Shown here: piece after piece, positions 13,510 through 27,210 of the stretch | How the letters are laid out: the number at the start of each line of letters is the position of its first letter | Numbering within the stretch: position 1 is the stretch's first letter | NCBI RefSeq assembly: GCF_036321535.1 | Contig: NC_087437.1 | Coordinates: 52,764,001-52,828,000 of the forward strand | DNA length: 64,000 nt | Reading direction: 5' to 3' | Source: Camelus dromedarius | Taxonomy: Eukaryota | Position numbers and translations under genes: made by a program | Notes under the pieces: model-generated | Told to the model about the DNA's origin: nothing | The model's input: the letters and a program-made list of their open reading frames with translations, nothing else | Database searches by the model: none

Positions 13510-15644
13510 GTCTGACAATAACTTGGGGAAATTCTGTCATTATTGTTTCTAATATTTCTTTTCATTTTGGTATTGCCATTGCATATGAGTTAGACCTTTT
13601 GTAGCTGTCTCATAGTTCTTGGGGTTTTTGTGTATTTGTGGGTTTTTAAAATTTTTGTCTTTTTTGTTTTCCAGTTTTTGCATTTTCTATTCAGAATTCC
13701 TTAAGCTCAGCAATTCTTTCCTCAGCTATGTCCTGCCTGTTAATAAGCGTAGTAAAGGTATTCTTTATTTCTGCTACAGTATTTTTGATCACTAGCATTT
13801 TTTTGGTCTTTTTCTTAGAATTTCCATCTCTGCTTACATTGCCCATCTGTTGCTGCATGCTGTTTACTTTATCCATTACAGCCCTTTGCATATTAATCAC
13901 AGTTGTTTTAAGTTCCCAGTCTGTTAATTCCAACATTCCTGCCATATCTGAGTCTGGTTCTAATGCTTACTCTGTCTCTTCAAACTGTGGTTTTTGCCTT
14001 TTAATATGCCTTGTAATTTTTTAAGCTGGACATGATGCACTGGTTAAAAGGAATTGCTGTAGGCCTTTAGTAATGTGGTGGTTAAGATATGGGTGGAGGA
14101 CTAACAGTCTGTAGTCCTGTGATTAGGTGTCAGTCTTTTACTGTGCCTGTGCCCTGTAAACTTTACAAGTGTTTCTGAGCCATCTCTTACCGCACTACAG
14201 ACACCACCACCACCCATGACCCTTATGCGGGATAGGTTGGCTAGAGGGAGCTAGAGTTGGGTATTTCCCTCTTCCAGGTCAGTTAGGCTCTGATAAAATC
14301 TCAGCATGTTGGGCTCTGATTAAATACAGTTTCTCCTGGAGGCAGATCTTAAGAGGTACAAAATGCTCTGGTGAATGTCACAGTGGTTCCTTTTCTCCCT
14401 CTGACAGAAAGAAGCACAAGGGGTCTTCTTTCCAACATTCACTGTGAAAAACTAGTTGAGCCCTTGGAGGCAAAACTCACAAAAGTGTGGATTCCCCTAT
14501 GTCTGGGTCCCCTTGGAGTTTTTGATTCTCAGACACGTTCACACTGAACCTCCAGCAACTCATCAATTAGTTTAGGTTTTCGTACCCCAGCACTGATTCT
14601 TTCAGAGCTTTCTGCTTTTGAGTTGCTGCTCCAGCAAGTTGTGATTCTATGTACCTGTCTGTCTTTCCAATTTGGAGGGTGACAGTTTGCCCTGTGACCT
14701 TAACTTCTCTTACAGATCTAAAAAGACCTGTTGACTTTTGTTGTTGCTGGTGGTTAGCTTTTTATTTGTTGTTAGGATAGAGAGTGGTAACTTCCAAGCT
14801 CCTTACATGCTGGTCTGGAAATCAGAACTCATTTGATAACTCTTTAATTCAAATAACACATTTAGACTGAAGCAGAGAATTATTGTAATATACAAATAAA
14901 ATTATCAGATAATTCTCTCTATATTGCCTAATGAAACAGTCTTTTGCAGGAAGAGAGAAGAGGTACAGTATTTGTCTTATGAATCTGGTAACTTTTTAGC
15001 TTTAATAAACTATATATCCATTATTTTGAAAAAATAAATCAATTTAAACATAATCAGAGACTCTAGGCTTTTATAGCTTTAAGAAATTTAGTTAAAAAAA
15101 TTTAAGGTTAAAAAACTTAAAGCTGCTTACATTTAAAAGCATGCTTTAAAACAAACTGTACTGTAATTACAAAGATCGAACAGTCAGTAAGCAAAATAAG
15201 GATTAAGGAATTGGTCCTAAACCTGAGAAGTATCATAGTGGGGCACCCACTTCCAAGTTCTCTCCCATCTTACCTCCTCCTTTCCTCTCCTCTTCACAAG
15301 TGGCTTATTGTTGGAGCTTCTACTCCAGTTTACTATAAACTGAGGAAGCTCCTGCTTCTAGTATTCAAAAAAGAAAGTTGCAAGATGAGGTTGGAGAGAC
15401 CCAGCGTGTTGGGAGTGTTGGTTAGATGATGAAAGTCCTTGCAAGCCAGTAAAAATGTTTGTATTTATATCTAAATACAAGAGGAAGCCGCTGAAGGATT
15501 TTAAAGCAAATGAATGACGTGATCTGATTTACCTCTTAACACATTTACTTTCACTGCTTAAGTGAAGAGTGGACTAGAGGGTATATGAATTGAGACTAGA
15601 GAGAGAGCTACCAATTAGGCATCACAAAAAGACGAGATTTTTAC

Positions 15645-16130
15645 CAGTCAAGATTCTTGATTGTAAACAATAAAAAAACAATGCCAGCTGATGCAAGCAG
15701 ATAAAGAAGGGTTTTTTGGTCTGTTTAGTTTTTAAGAACATTTGGGAAGTCTGCAGATTCTGCAGGAGGAAAGAACTGGGCTAGGAAGGAAGTTTAACAA
15801 AGCCACACCACAAAGTCAGTTCACTGAGGTGATCATCACTGCCAAACCCTGGACAAACCCACTGCTGCCACTGACATAAGAAATCTGGCCGCTGGAGCTA
15901 GACCTCCCTCCCTAATCCCCAGTTCCAAACAACCCACATATTGCTGACATCTTTGAGGCACTTACCCACTCCACTCAAATAGATTTCCTACTGCTGCTAC
16001 TACTTGAGGTTACAGGTTACTGATTTAAAGTTTGTATGCATCTTATTAACCAAACCTAGTCCACATGCCTATGTTCTAGATGCAGAGGATGCACATACAA
16101 GTATCTGGCACCTACGGTGATAGTGGGCTC
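15645..16130 (-). mobile_element. Ancient MaLR LTR (MLT1-type), degraded
   Basis: agtcaagattcttgattgtaaacaa terminus typical of old MLT1 LTRs. Confidence 0.45.
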
Positions 16131-16269
16131 TGCCTCCTAGCAAGATGCATTGTTTGGGGAATGTCCCAAAGGCAGGAGGTCTGCATGATGGGAAGCTGAG
16201 AAAATGACACCTGTCCAGTACCAGCATGGAAAACTTAGTATGGCAGATTTAACTTCTTTGCACCTATCA

Positions 16270-16636
16270 CTTTTGCCACATAATTTTGCAGCCTCCCGAC
16301 TAAAAGTAGTTTTCCTCATCCTTTGACCTTTTCCTTGGCCATGTGACTTTTTTTGTCTATAGGAAGAGTAGTAGTACAAGCAGAATATATATACTTGGAG
16401 GACCGAACTTCTCTCTTTCATAATGAAAGGAACGTGCTTGTTTGCTCACTCCAACGAGGCTGAGACATGTGGAACAGACCCACACTTAGTGTGAAGCCAA
16501 CCTATCTCTCGCAGTCTCTATCAGTCAACCCCAGCCGTCCTGCAGAAGAGAGCCTGGCTGAAATTAGCAGGTAAATACTTACTGTTTGCCTCTGAGTTTT
16601 CATGACTGATTATGCCACAATAGTTGATCAGATACA
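16270..16636 (+). mobile_element. Ancient MaLR LTR (MLT1H/J-like)
   Basis: ggccatgtgacttt...; 3' end ...cctctgagttttcatg...atagttgatcagataca. Confidence 0.55.
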
Positions 16637-19600
16637 CTTGGAGAGTATTTAGAAACTCCACAGAGTCATGAAAAGGCTGACAATTAAGTGTAAGCAAGCT
16701 TTAATTATGGGAACAAGGAGTGTTCCAGTGTGGATACAGGACACGTCTGTACTAAATTCTGTGACAAGTGGCCAGTTAGCCTTCATATGCATGGTCTTCA
16801 AAATTCTTTTGAGTATTAACTTTTATGGCTTACAAAACACTTTTTGCAAACATGATTATAAACCCAGCAGTACTGCTGTCATCTCACCCAAGCCTTGCCC
16901 AGGACCCCTCCACTGTGGGCTCATAGCACTCACATAACCTCTAATACATCTCCCATACTAGTGAAATTAACTCTACAACGTGGCTGTCGGTCCCACTAGA
17001 TTGAGAGCTCATTCAGTAGTTGAGCAACACTCACAATGGTTTCCCCATCTCGGCATGAGTAAAAGCCAAATTTTCCTAATGATTTTCCATAAAGTCATTA
17101 ATGAAGTGGTTGGGCCCCCTGCTTACTCACCTGGTCTTACCTCCTACTCTTTACTCACATTGGCCTCTGGTGTGCTCTAAAATTTTAACAAGCCAAGGAA
17201 CTTCCTATATGTCTTCTGCCTAGACTATTCCTCCCCTAAATACACATTTGGCTGTTTCACCTTTTCCGTCTCTACTCAAATGCTGTATTAGATGCGGCCT
17301 TCCCTGATCAACTTACTTAAAATTCTAACCTTTTCAGCCTTTTTGCCACTTTGTCCAGTTCTGTAACCCTAGGACTTAGTCTGCAACACAGCTCAGAATG
17401 TTGAATGCATAAACATTAAACTGAATATGAAGTAAAACAGATGGCATCTGTGCTGACTGCTTAGAGCTCTAGATAAAACTCATGGCATAAATCCATCACC
17501 CCATCTCATAGTCGGGAGTTAACAAGCAGCAGTGAATGGGATGGATAATGGAAGACAGTTGTGCTCTATTCCCAGTGTCATGTGTCTTGGGATACACCAA
17601 AAGCAATCAGAACTTTAAAGACAGCCAAAGATAAAAGCATGACTCTTCAGACCAGATAATCCATTTTCTAAAACTCGAGCAAGGTGCTTTTATCTATCAA
17701 ATTTGAAGATTCTGACTATGTAATTGTGGTAAGCCTAAAAATTTAGGTACTTTCATACCTTTGCTGGGAAAGGGCCAATTAGTAGAGCCCTTCTGGAAAG
17801 TAACAGTGATATATACTGGTGGTATTCAGTGAGCCTTAAAAATGTTCATACATTCCATGACTCAGTTAAAATGGTCTATTTTAGGATTTATGGAGAATAG
17901 AAATCTTGATCTGAATGAGCACCCATGTTTAAAATCACCACTTAACCATCAGTGTACACACTGGCCAAACTGGGTAAGTGAATGGGAAAGTAAATCAGCA
18001 TGCATCTCTCAAGTTATTTACAGGGATACTACTCTTTGCAGTCTTCAGGTAAGTGATTTTCATATACCATTTTAATGTAAGTGGGAAGTCCTAATGGCTT
18101 CCATTTGGCCTTTATCCCAAGGTTTTGAGGATTCTAGTAAAACCACAAGAGGAATGAGGGTTCCACCAGGCTTACCATTTAAGTAGACTTGGGTCATAAT
18201 CCTATCCATCTCCTAAACCCCCATTCTGACTTTTGATCACAGTGGTGTCTGTGTCCCTTGGTTCCCATGAAGTAGTATTGCACGCCAGAATCCATTATTT
18301 CTGGGAAGCTCTCCAGTATGTAGTTAAATGGTTGCAGAATACCTTTAAATTAGTAAAGCTGATCATATGCACAGGTAGTTATTTTCCATTTCTGAAGAAC
18401 CCTCTCCTTCAAAGGGTTCATGACTATGAATGTTAAGATGCCTATCTATGTTCCTGAGATCCAGGTTTTTGGCTGTAAAATCAAGACCAGTCTGTCAGCT
18501 GAAGCCAAACTGGTGTTATGTGCATTCATATCAACAAATCCAACACAATCTTGTCTCAAAATCTAGCCCTATAAAATTTACTAGTTTGTGAGTATGTAAA
18601 TGGGTGAAACTTTTTTCTTTCCTAGTCTAATTCATAGTTTCTCCCCTTGGCCTCACCAAGTTGAAATACTGATTAACGGGAAAGGAGGACTGAGAATTTT
18701 TAGTTTTATCCTGGAACATACTTTCACTATGCAAGGGAAACATATCCATTTTAGGTGTGGGTTCTCAAAGGCCTCAAAAAAACAAAACAAAACATATGCC
18801 AACTGTTGGGACCCTACTTATTTCCTGAGTAATGAGATCCTAGTATGTTTACAAATTTTAACTATTTTAATTTAGCAACCCTCTGCACATCAGCTTTGTA
18901 TTTGGCTTCAGTAATCTTAGCCCCACAACTATAAGCAACATAACACTAGCATATAAAAATCCTGGTTCCCTTCCCTTGAGGTTAGAATTTCAAGGCATTA
19001 ACTTACATGCCTTTCTCTCCCATGGTTCTGACATTCTTTGTTCATTTAAAACTGGTCGTCCATGGCAGCAGTTAACCCAGGGGACCCTCAAAGCTTCTCC
19101 TTTCATGGAACCAGATGACCACCATTAAGCACACTAAAGAAGACTACTACTTGCTTTCTTATCTCAGAATAGGAAAGGCGTCTCAACACTCTTCCACCCA
19201 TCTCAACCTGTTAACTTCCTGTCAAGTTTGGCAAATTAAGGCCTATGAATACTGCCTACACTCCACTACCAATATTTTACACCACCTTGTCACCCAGATT
19301 AGAGGCAGAATGACATCAGCATTTAACAGTACATATTGAGACCGGTCCCAAGTTCAGATCCTAACATTGCCTTCAGTAGCTGTTTGTCCTAAGGTAAATT
19401 ACTACAGACTAAATATAATATATGGGAAGCGCTTTACAGAATACTTGGGACATGCTATATTTTATCTAAGCATACAAAGATCAGCAGGCTAACAAACTAT
19501 AATTACCCGCCTATAGCAATTTCCCTAGAAATGGCCATAAAAATAACCTAAATTCAGAAGAAGCATTTCAGGCACCTTCAGGGCAAGTGTGGGGACTAGA

Positions 19601-19830
19601 GTTATTTTAATGTAACACCATCCCCCAAGTGGAGATGATCACTCCACTACCTAATTACTCTTAACATACTTTCTAACAATACACAATTTATCTATTTAAA
19701 ACAAGAATACACCTCAGCCCAATGAATACTGCTTGAGAGAAACTTTAAAAAACTCTAATCATATGTAGCAAGGTTAAACATCTTCTTTATAAACTGAGTT
19801 GTACCAGCCTTTTTACTCTTTTCATTTGCA

Positions 19831-19836
19831 TTTATT
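19831..19836 (-). terminator. TRA2B: TRA2B distal poly(A) signal AATAAA
   Basis: Second canonical hexamer about 980 nt after the stop, in non-repetitive UTR-like sequence. Confidence 0.65.
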
Positions 19837-20430
19837 TAAACACATTTCTCAAAACATTTGAGTGAAATTGGGCCTCCTTTGGTAAGCAAAGGACCTGAAA
19901 ATAATATTTAAAAAATGAACAGGCAAAATCTTCAGTTAATCCACAACACAGGTATAGTGTTCCCTTCTCTTTTCCCGAACTCTGAAGCACCCCGTTTTTC
20001 CATATAGGCTAAAAGCTAGAAGAACAAGAGTACATTTGTGGTGGAATGTATTGTAACTTGCTGATAACTAGTTGAAATACCATTATCGCCTTGTAACAGC
20101 TGTAAGAAATAGCCTTTTTAAGGCATACATTGTGTAACTCTTATCTTATTCCCTGCTATATATAATACAGATTATTACATAAAGGCCAACAAATCCACAT
20201 TTATATAAGCATTAAGCATTTACTGTATTAAAAGTTCTTTAGTTCTAATACTAGCAGTATAGAGTTACAGAGCATAATTTTTAACACTTAATTGCAGGTA
20301 TATTAAGTATATGGTATGTTTCATGGACTGGAGGAAAATGGGCATTTTTGTCTTGAATTTACTACTGACAATCTAATCTGAGCAGTTCTGCTAAGCATTG
20401 ATATGTTAGAAAGAAAAGTAAAAACCAGAC

Positions 20431-20436
20431 TTTATT
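20431..20436 (-). terminator. TRA2B: TRA2B proximal poly(A) signal AATAAA
   Basis: AATAAA about 380 nt after the stop, followed by a U-rich tract on the minus strand. Confidence 0.75.
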
Positions 20437-20813
20437 GTTGCTTTTTGCCATTTGGTAGCATTTTACACACAGGCTTCGATCTTCAGAATACCCTGGATTC
20501 AGTAGAAAAACCTTTTAAATGAAGTTTTGTACAATAGAAACTTCTCAGCAGTCAAAATTTAGACTGTAAAAAAATACATGCAAAACATACTTCTCTGAAA
20601 ACACTTAACTTTGAACAAAGCACCGAACTACACAAATGCAGAATGAAAACAGCATTTCAACTCCACCAAAAGTAGTCATCATAAAAGGTGTAAAAGTCAC
20701 CTAACTTCACTAGGCACTGTTCACTTTTTAAACAGGAGACAATAAAAAATATTGTCCACAAACAATATCCCAACTCTAGGGCAGGTTTCAGAAAGTCTTC
20801 AACTTCATGCTTT

Positions 20814-20824
20814 TTAATAGCGAC
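20814..20824 (-). CDS. TRA2B: TRA2B last coding exon (RRY-stop)
   Basis: TAG acceptor at 20825-26, then GT CGC TAT TAA; coding exons sum to 867 nt = 288 aa plus stop. Confidence 0.96.
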
Positions 20825-21127
20825 CTAGGAAGAAAAGAAATGTTTCAATACTGAGAACTGATCATCAAGTATATACTTTTAATGTTGAAAATTTTAAGAC
20901 TATTCTGCCATCAGGAAATTCCTATGTACGAGATCCCCTACTGTGAGAATAGAAGACATTCACATAAGGGTTCCACTAAGAAAACCAATGTTAAACAGAA
21001 ATAGCTGGGAGTATATATAACTCAACCTGATGGCTAAAGGTTTAAGTCACTCAAATGTTTCCAAGCTGTACAAAAATTGTACAAAAACTGTAAGGACTTC
21101 TTAAAAAAAAAAACAGCAAAACTACAG

Positions 21128-21255
21128 GGGGGAAGGTATAGCTCAAGGGGTAGAGTGTATGCTTAGCATGCACGAGGTCCTGGGTACAACCCTCAGCACC
21201 TCCTGTAAAAGTAAATAAATAAACCTAATAACCTCCCCTTGCCCCCCTGCCAAAA
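21128..21255 (+). mobile_element. tRNA-derived SINE (camelid Vic-1-like) in TRA2B intron 9
   Basis: A-box ggtatagctcaag and degenerate B-box; aaataaacctaat tail; TSD-like aaaactacag / aaagctacag. Confidence 0.85.
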
Positions 21256-21461
21256 GCTACAGATGGTGACATGACAAACATTTGCTATCTTAACTAGCAA
21301 CAGTAAGATGACAAGGGTTGTTTTCATATACTTCCTTGAACCCTACAACACAAAAATTGGGGAGAAACAGGGGAAAGTATTGAATCAACCCGTTACCTGC
21401 TGTGGTTTGTTAAGTCAGGGCAAGCCTGCTATTAAAACAAAAAAATCGTATCAAAACTTAC

Positions 21462-21535
21462 GAGGAGAGTATGATCGAGATCGGGATCGTGATCTGTATC
21501 CTCCACGACTATAGTAAGGAGATGGTGACCGTCTT
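21462..21535 (-). CDS. TRA2B: TRA2B exon 9 (RS2: [24 protein letters not shown])
   Basis: 74 nt, CAG acceptor (CAGAAG NAGNAG), GTAAGT donor. Confidence 0.97.
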
Positions 21536-22280
21536 CTGTAAACAAATGTCAAGATCATCTAAGACTCTACAGATTACAGTTAGACTAAATTGACACATGA
21601 AAATTATATATGGTCCCTTTATCAGTTTCAAAACCTTTCAAAAGGTCCTTATTGACCTTCAAAAATATTCCATCGGTCATGGGATGTCAAGGTCTGTTTC
21701 AGTCCTGAGAATGAAGCACATAATCAGGCCCAGTACCAGATAATCTAACTACTGGAGATTGTCAACAGATCAAATATAGCAAGGCATATATTCATTCAAT
21801 CTGCTAACTCATTTTAAATTGTTAAGTAGAATGTTAAAGAAAAAAAAAATTCTTCTTACCACTAGTTTTAACCATACCCCATGAATGATACCCAAAATAA
21901 AATTTCATTCATAGTACTTCAAAGTGATTTAGTTTTACATAAGACTGACTTGAATATTCACTTGCTTATTCTGAGATGCTTACAAAAAGCTAACAAAACT
22001 ATCAGGAATAAACAAAGAGTAAAATATTATGGGTTCTTAGTTTATACCATCATGGTACCACTGACTAATCACCTAGTGTAAGCCCAATTAATTTCTGTAA
22101 ACACACAAATTAAGCCATGTACACATTATCATTTGGCTTCAGTTTAGTTTAGTTTTTATGAACTTCATGCAATCCAATTTTGTGCAACATGACATAATTT
22201 AACTACCAAAATACTAATAACCACGTTTTATGTGAGCCATTCTACTAATACTGTTACAGATTTTAAATCTTCTGGTATAC

Positions 22281-22340
22281 CTATATATTTGATCCCTGTC
22301 TTGAGCGGCTCTCCATCCTCCTCCTCCTCCACCGCCTCCT
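22281..22340 (-). CDS. TRA2B: TRA2B exon 8 (poly-Gly, [19 protein letters not shown])
   Basis: 60 nt, CAG acceptor and TAG|GTATAC donor; seen in ORF 22214..22405. Confidence 0.97.
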   Translation of the reverse strand, partial: RRRWRRRRMESRSRQGSNI

Positions 22341-22692
22341 CTGTGTAGGCAGAAAAGCAACATATATTCATTTTTAAAGTTTTTGAAAGTATACAATTCA
22401 TGCAATAAAATAGTGACTCGAGAAGTGAGAGCTAGTTTCCTTTAAGTGATAAACAGCTGCTTTTGCCACCTTTTACAAACCAGCAAAGAGCTCTCCCTGG
22501 TGGTTAAAATAAGTATTAGAAGTAAATGCTCAAGTGAATGAAAGTAAAAATAAATTCTAACACCCTAATCTATGCAGCCTCCACAAATCAATCCCTTAAG
22601 TGTCACTTAGTACAGAAATGTCATTTTTAGCAAAGTTTCTTTTTGTCAGTGATAGGTATCAGGACTGTCAACTTCTTAAAACATTACCAAAT

Positions 22693-22798
22693 GGGGGGCA
22701 GGGTATAGGTTAGTGGTAGAGTGAATGCTCAGCATGCCCAAGGTCCTTAGTTCAATACCCAGTACCTCCAATCAATCAATCAATAAACCTATTACCCT
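22693..22798 (+). mobile_element. tRNA-derived SINE (Vic-1-like) in TRA2B intron 7
   Basis: gggtataggttagtggtagag...gttcaatacccagtacctcc; TSD ATTACCAA. Confidence 0.85.
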
Positions 22799-23486
22799 AT
22801 TACCAAGTAGTCTTGGGGGTGGGGGAAGGCAGGAGACATCCACACCTAAACACCACACTAAAATTAGGTATCCAAAGAAGGATAACTGCTGTGGTCAATA
22901 CTTACTATGCAATTTACATTTTGACAAGACAGGCTCTAAATTACCTGCTGCTGCTAAAATAAAGGAGACTTTCACTTCATTTTTACCTTTCAAAATATTT
23001 CCAATATCATGGGCATTTCCCTACCAACTCCTGAAAAATGTATTTTTGGTAATAAAAAAAACCCATTTATCACTGTTACATTAAATTATTGCCCTTAAGT
23101 ACTTGTTTGGACTCTCAAGAATCAGTTTTTCCTGCCCTCCAGTGCATACCTTAGATACCAAAAACTTGCTTTATAAAGCAATGGCTTTCAAAATACAGCA
23201 CATGAAACTCACTTTATGGTCTATAATTTTGTTTGCACTGTCACATTTTAAAACAGGGATTTCAGCTGGTTTACAACTTGCTGTTTAAAACATATACATA
23301 TGAAGATAAGTTAAAAAGACATAATACCTAAAAGTCTGCATTTTAGTATTTAAGGTAACGACTTTATCAAAGGCTAAAACTTAGGTATAGCACTGCTTTA
23401 AATTAGGCTGCAACTGAGTCAGGAGAAGAGATAGTTTGTCTTTCAGTTTTGGGGGCTACTTAAATTTTGTATTATGGTTAACTTAC

Positions 23487-23570
23487 CTGTATGATCTACT
23501 ATAATAGTCCCGATCATCATAGCCTCGATCATATCCTCTGTCATAGTAATCCCGACGGCGTGAGCTGCCA
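23487..23570 (-). CDS. TRA2B: TRA2B exon 7 ([28 protein letters not shown])
   Basis: 84 nt, TAG acceptor and CAG|GTAAGT donor. Confidence 0.97.
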
Positions 23571-23868
23571 CTATGAATAACAAATTAGTAAGATTTATCT
23601 AAATTTGATTTTACCTTTAATAGTGAAAAATGGTCTGATGACGAACATTTAATTACCCAGCAAAGGTCAGTATGTTATTTCTTTATGATAAAATGGGATG
23701 CGATCTATTCAATGGTATCAAAATTTGTGCCACCAACAGAATGTTTCCACTTAACATAGGTTTAGCCAGTCTGAAATTCCAAAGATCCTCCCGCCCCCAT
23801 CATGCATAGCTCTTCGAAGTTAAATTGAACTGTATATCAAATTTTAACAACCTTGAAAATAAACTTAC

Positions 23869-23984
23869 TAGGTAGGTCTCCCCATGTAAATTCCTGGTGT
23901 TGGGGTATGTGGTCTTTTTGTTATAGAGAAATCAACTCTGATCCTACGTCCATCAAGCTCCATTCCATTGGCACGCTCTTTTGC
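23869..23984 (-). CDS. TRA2B: TRA2B exon 6 (end of RRM and linker: [38 protein letters not shown])
   Basis: 116 nt, AAG acceptor and GTAAGT donor; seen in ORF 23868..24131. Confidence 0.98.
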
Positions 23985-24252
23985 CTTCAAAAAACCACAT
24001 AAGTTGTCATATACATCCTGGACAAAGCCCTGAACTATCCAAAAAATAACTATACATAAAGTCCAACTGGAGGTTTCAGGCCAGAACATTATGGGTTTTC
24101 TGTCCATTAAATATTTGTAAAAGCTAACCATAAAAGCCCAGAGAAGTTTGCCTAATAAGACAAAAAATGACAGTTTAACCCATGCATACTTGAAGTAATT
24201 ATTCTACTTAACTACAGTTTGACAGTGCTTGCACCTCTAAATACATACATAC

Positions 24253-24537
24253 ATAGTTGACAAACTATGACCCATGGGCTAAGTAAGAATTTAAATGGCT
24301 GGGGGGGGGGGATCAAAATAATATTCTTCATAAATGAAATTACATGAAATTCAGTTTAGTTACCATAAATGTTTTATTGAAGCACAGCCCCAGTCATTAC
24401 TTTGCATACTATATATGGCTGCTTTTACATTACATTACAATGGCAGGCAGAGTTGAAAAATCGTCACTGAGATCTTACGGTATACACAGCCCAAAATATT
24501 TACTGTCTGATCCTTTACACAAGTTTATGGATCCCTG
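24253..24537. mobile_element. hAT-Charlie MITE (MER58B-like)
   Basis: caaactatgaccc...ataaatgttttattgaagcacagcc...aaaatatttactgtctgatcctttac. Confidence 0.75.
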
Positions 24538-25779
24538 CCTGCTATGGAAGCAAAAGGCTAGGATGGAGAAAGTTTGAATTACATGTATTTCCTTCATCTA
24601 GAATATACACTAAATGAAACAGTATGCACTTAAGGAAAAAATATCCCAAAGACTCAGCAGTTTGCTCACAATTTATTTAAAGAACCCCCTCTCACCTGAA
24701 TAGAATTTAAACTTCTAATTCCAATTAATGCTATTTTCTAGTTTGTTTAAAGCTTCCAGTTTTTGGCACTGCTGATTCAGATACAAAATATGCTGTCTTT
24801 CAAGTTAACTGCGGTCCCATGAAAAAAGAAAAAAGAAAACCAGGAGGCCTATACTGTTAATAACCTTGGGCAAATCCTATTTATATCTCTCAGGATCAAT
24901 TATTACCAAAATGAAAATGAATGCCATCTTAAAGCATCCCTTTAATTAAATCTCTAATACTTGCATTCAGCTTTCAATTCTTTTAGTAAATGAACTTACT
25001 CTATTTAAAAATTAGTTTATGGTTTTTAAAAATTAGTATAATCTTCACAAAAATTGTATAAACTATGTAATTTTATTTAGGGCTCAACTACTAATCTCAA
25101 TATTGATCTCAGAAGGCTTGTCATTAAGTTTCTCAAGCTTTTCCCTTGCTTATACTGTCCCTAGAGATGACTTCAGCTATCATCCTTATGTATCTAAAGT
25201 CCAAATTTCTTAAATGTGGCCTAGATTCACACAATGATATATTTTTAGTCTACATACTAAAATGTTTTTTATTTTGTAGATTTTGCCTCAAATCAACATC
25301 AAAATATAAAATCACTTGCCAGTATATACTCAAAACCAGTTCCTTTCACCTGAGCCACGACTTTTATCAGCTTTTTAATCAGTTTTTCTCCATTTTACAA
25401 AGTAACTCAATGTAAACACAGGTTAAATTTTCTAAATGAGCGTATCATTATCTAAATATTTTACAGATCTGTATTGAGACACATATCACATCTGGAAACA
25501 GTCAACTACACTGGAATTTACTTCAAGTAATGTGGTAGGAGACCAAGTTGGAATACAGAACCAACTGTCATATTTTTGTTATTCTGCATACATTTGAAAT
25601 TTTCCAAATTAAAAGGCTGGGGGAAAAGTTCATTTTATTCACTTCAATAGCTGTTCTCAGAAGAATAGATTTCCTTTAGCTCAAGGTACAGTTAGAAAAG
25701 GCAAAAATTGTCCTTATCCAAGTACTTGAAGTTAACAATAGGACTGGTATTTTTACGAAGTTACAAGACTTTTACTTAC

Positions 25780-25968
25780 TTCCTTGGCATCATCTACGTT
25801 TTCAAAATATACAAAGGCAAATCCTCTTGAACGTCTGGACTGCTGGTCATATACAATAGACACATCAGCAATTGGGCCATATTTAGAGAACACTTCTCTT
25901 AGATCCCTTTCTGTAGTGTACAAGCTCAATCCAAATACTCCAAGACAACAGTTGGGATCAGGATTTGC
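25780..25968 (-). CDS. TRA2B: TRA2B exon 5 ([34 protein letters not shown]...[16 protein letters not shown])
   Basis: 189 nt, TAG acceptor and GTAAGT donor; RNP2 (LGVFGL) and RNP1 (RGFAFVYF) motifs. Confidence 0.98.
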
Positions 25969-27210
25969 CTAGAAATAGAAAAATGGATTTTAAACTTTAA
26001 AATGTGTCGTATTTTTTTAAAGGGATCATGCACAAATTAGCCAAAAATGCCACCAATACTAAAGTAGATAACTAAATTAAATACTATTTAAAAAATTAGT
26101 GTTACAGCAGCACCACAAGCAAGTTTAAAAATGGGCAGGAAAGATTGTAAATAATCAAGTGGGGGTAGGTGGGGGGGAATAGCAGTTCATATTAGTAAAA
26201 AACCTTTTTTTTTTTTTTTTTTGGAGATTGGAGGGCAATTTGCCCAAAGGATTCATCTTCCAGGACTTTATTCTAAGAAATGTCCACACACTCACAATAT
26301 GCACACACAAGGATAATCAGAATAGCACTGTCTCTCTAAGCCAGAAGGAAAAAACTATTTAAAATGTTGAATTAAGATATACCACCCACACAATGGGAGG
26401 CTCTAAATTGTCAAAGATACGGAAGAGCATGTTCAGCTTGATTTTATTTCTATAGAAACATCATATACATAGTGTTCACACACACACAGAAGATACGTAC
26501 CAAGCTTTAACAGGTATTAAGCAGCTTGAAATCATTATAATAAAAATTATGAACCAAATGTTGCTGGTATTCCAGTTGCCATAATGAATTTGCCTAAAAG
26601 TTTCATTTATTTCACACACATATTTACAATAGTCAAATTCCATCCCATTTTCACACACACACATCCTATAAAACTATTCGGATTATACAATGAAATCACA
26701 GTATGAACACACTAAATGCCATCTCATTTGGAACTTCTCATGGAAGGTAAGAGCCTTAATACCTGAAAACTTCCTTATAACTAAATGGGAAACTCAGGAA
26801 GAGCATTCTGTAAAAACCATTTAAACAGACCCAGAAAATCTGAGTAACATTATCATGGAACATATAGACATGTTATATAATTTAGTGTACTATTACTGTA
26901 CCAGTAATGCACAGTGGAGTTTTAACTTAACAGGCTACCAATATGATGCCATTTTGCCTATATGCGACTGATAACTCAAATGCAGATTATTACATGGAAG
27001 ACATCTTTTTTTCTAAGTAAGAGACAGACTATCTCAAAACACTAAAAAAAAAACACAAAACACTAAAAAGCTTCTACAGGTAACCATGCTAAAGCTCCAC
27101 TGTCAAGTATCAGTTTTGACATCAAATGAAACAAAACACAAGATAGAAAAGATTATTATAAAGTGGCTTTAGACAGCCCATTGCTTCAGAAACGTTATTT
27201 TTCATCTTAC

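Larger units (their letters stand above)
10760..14825 (-). mobile_element. Old L1 (endonuclease and ORF1 region) with nested insertions
   Basis: ORF 11476..11730 is endonuclease-like (NSPLSETNRSSRQKI...NQLDIMDVYR); ORF 13691..13945 resembles the ORF1 coiled coil. Confidence 0.85.

Noticed and set aside
1349..14024. Many short hydrophobic or basic ORFs
   Set aside because: Mostly explained by sense or antisense reading of degraded L1.
21128..21205. tRNA gene calls for the SINE heads (also at 22693, 46830, 47948, 48146 and 56898)
   Set aside because: They carry SINE tails and several have TSDs; the copies are diverged, so they are tRNA-derived SINEs rather than tRNA genes.
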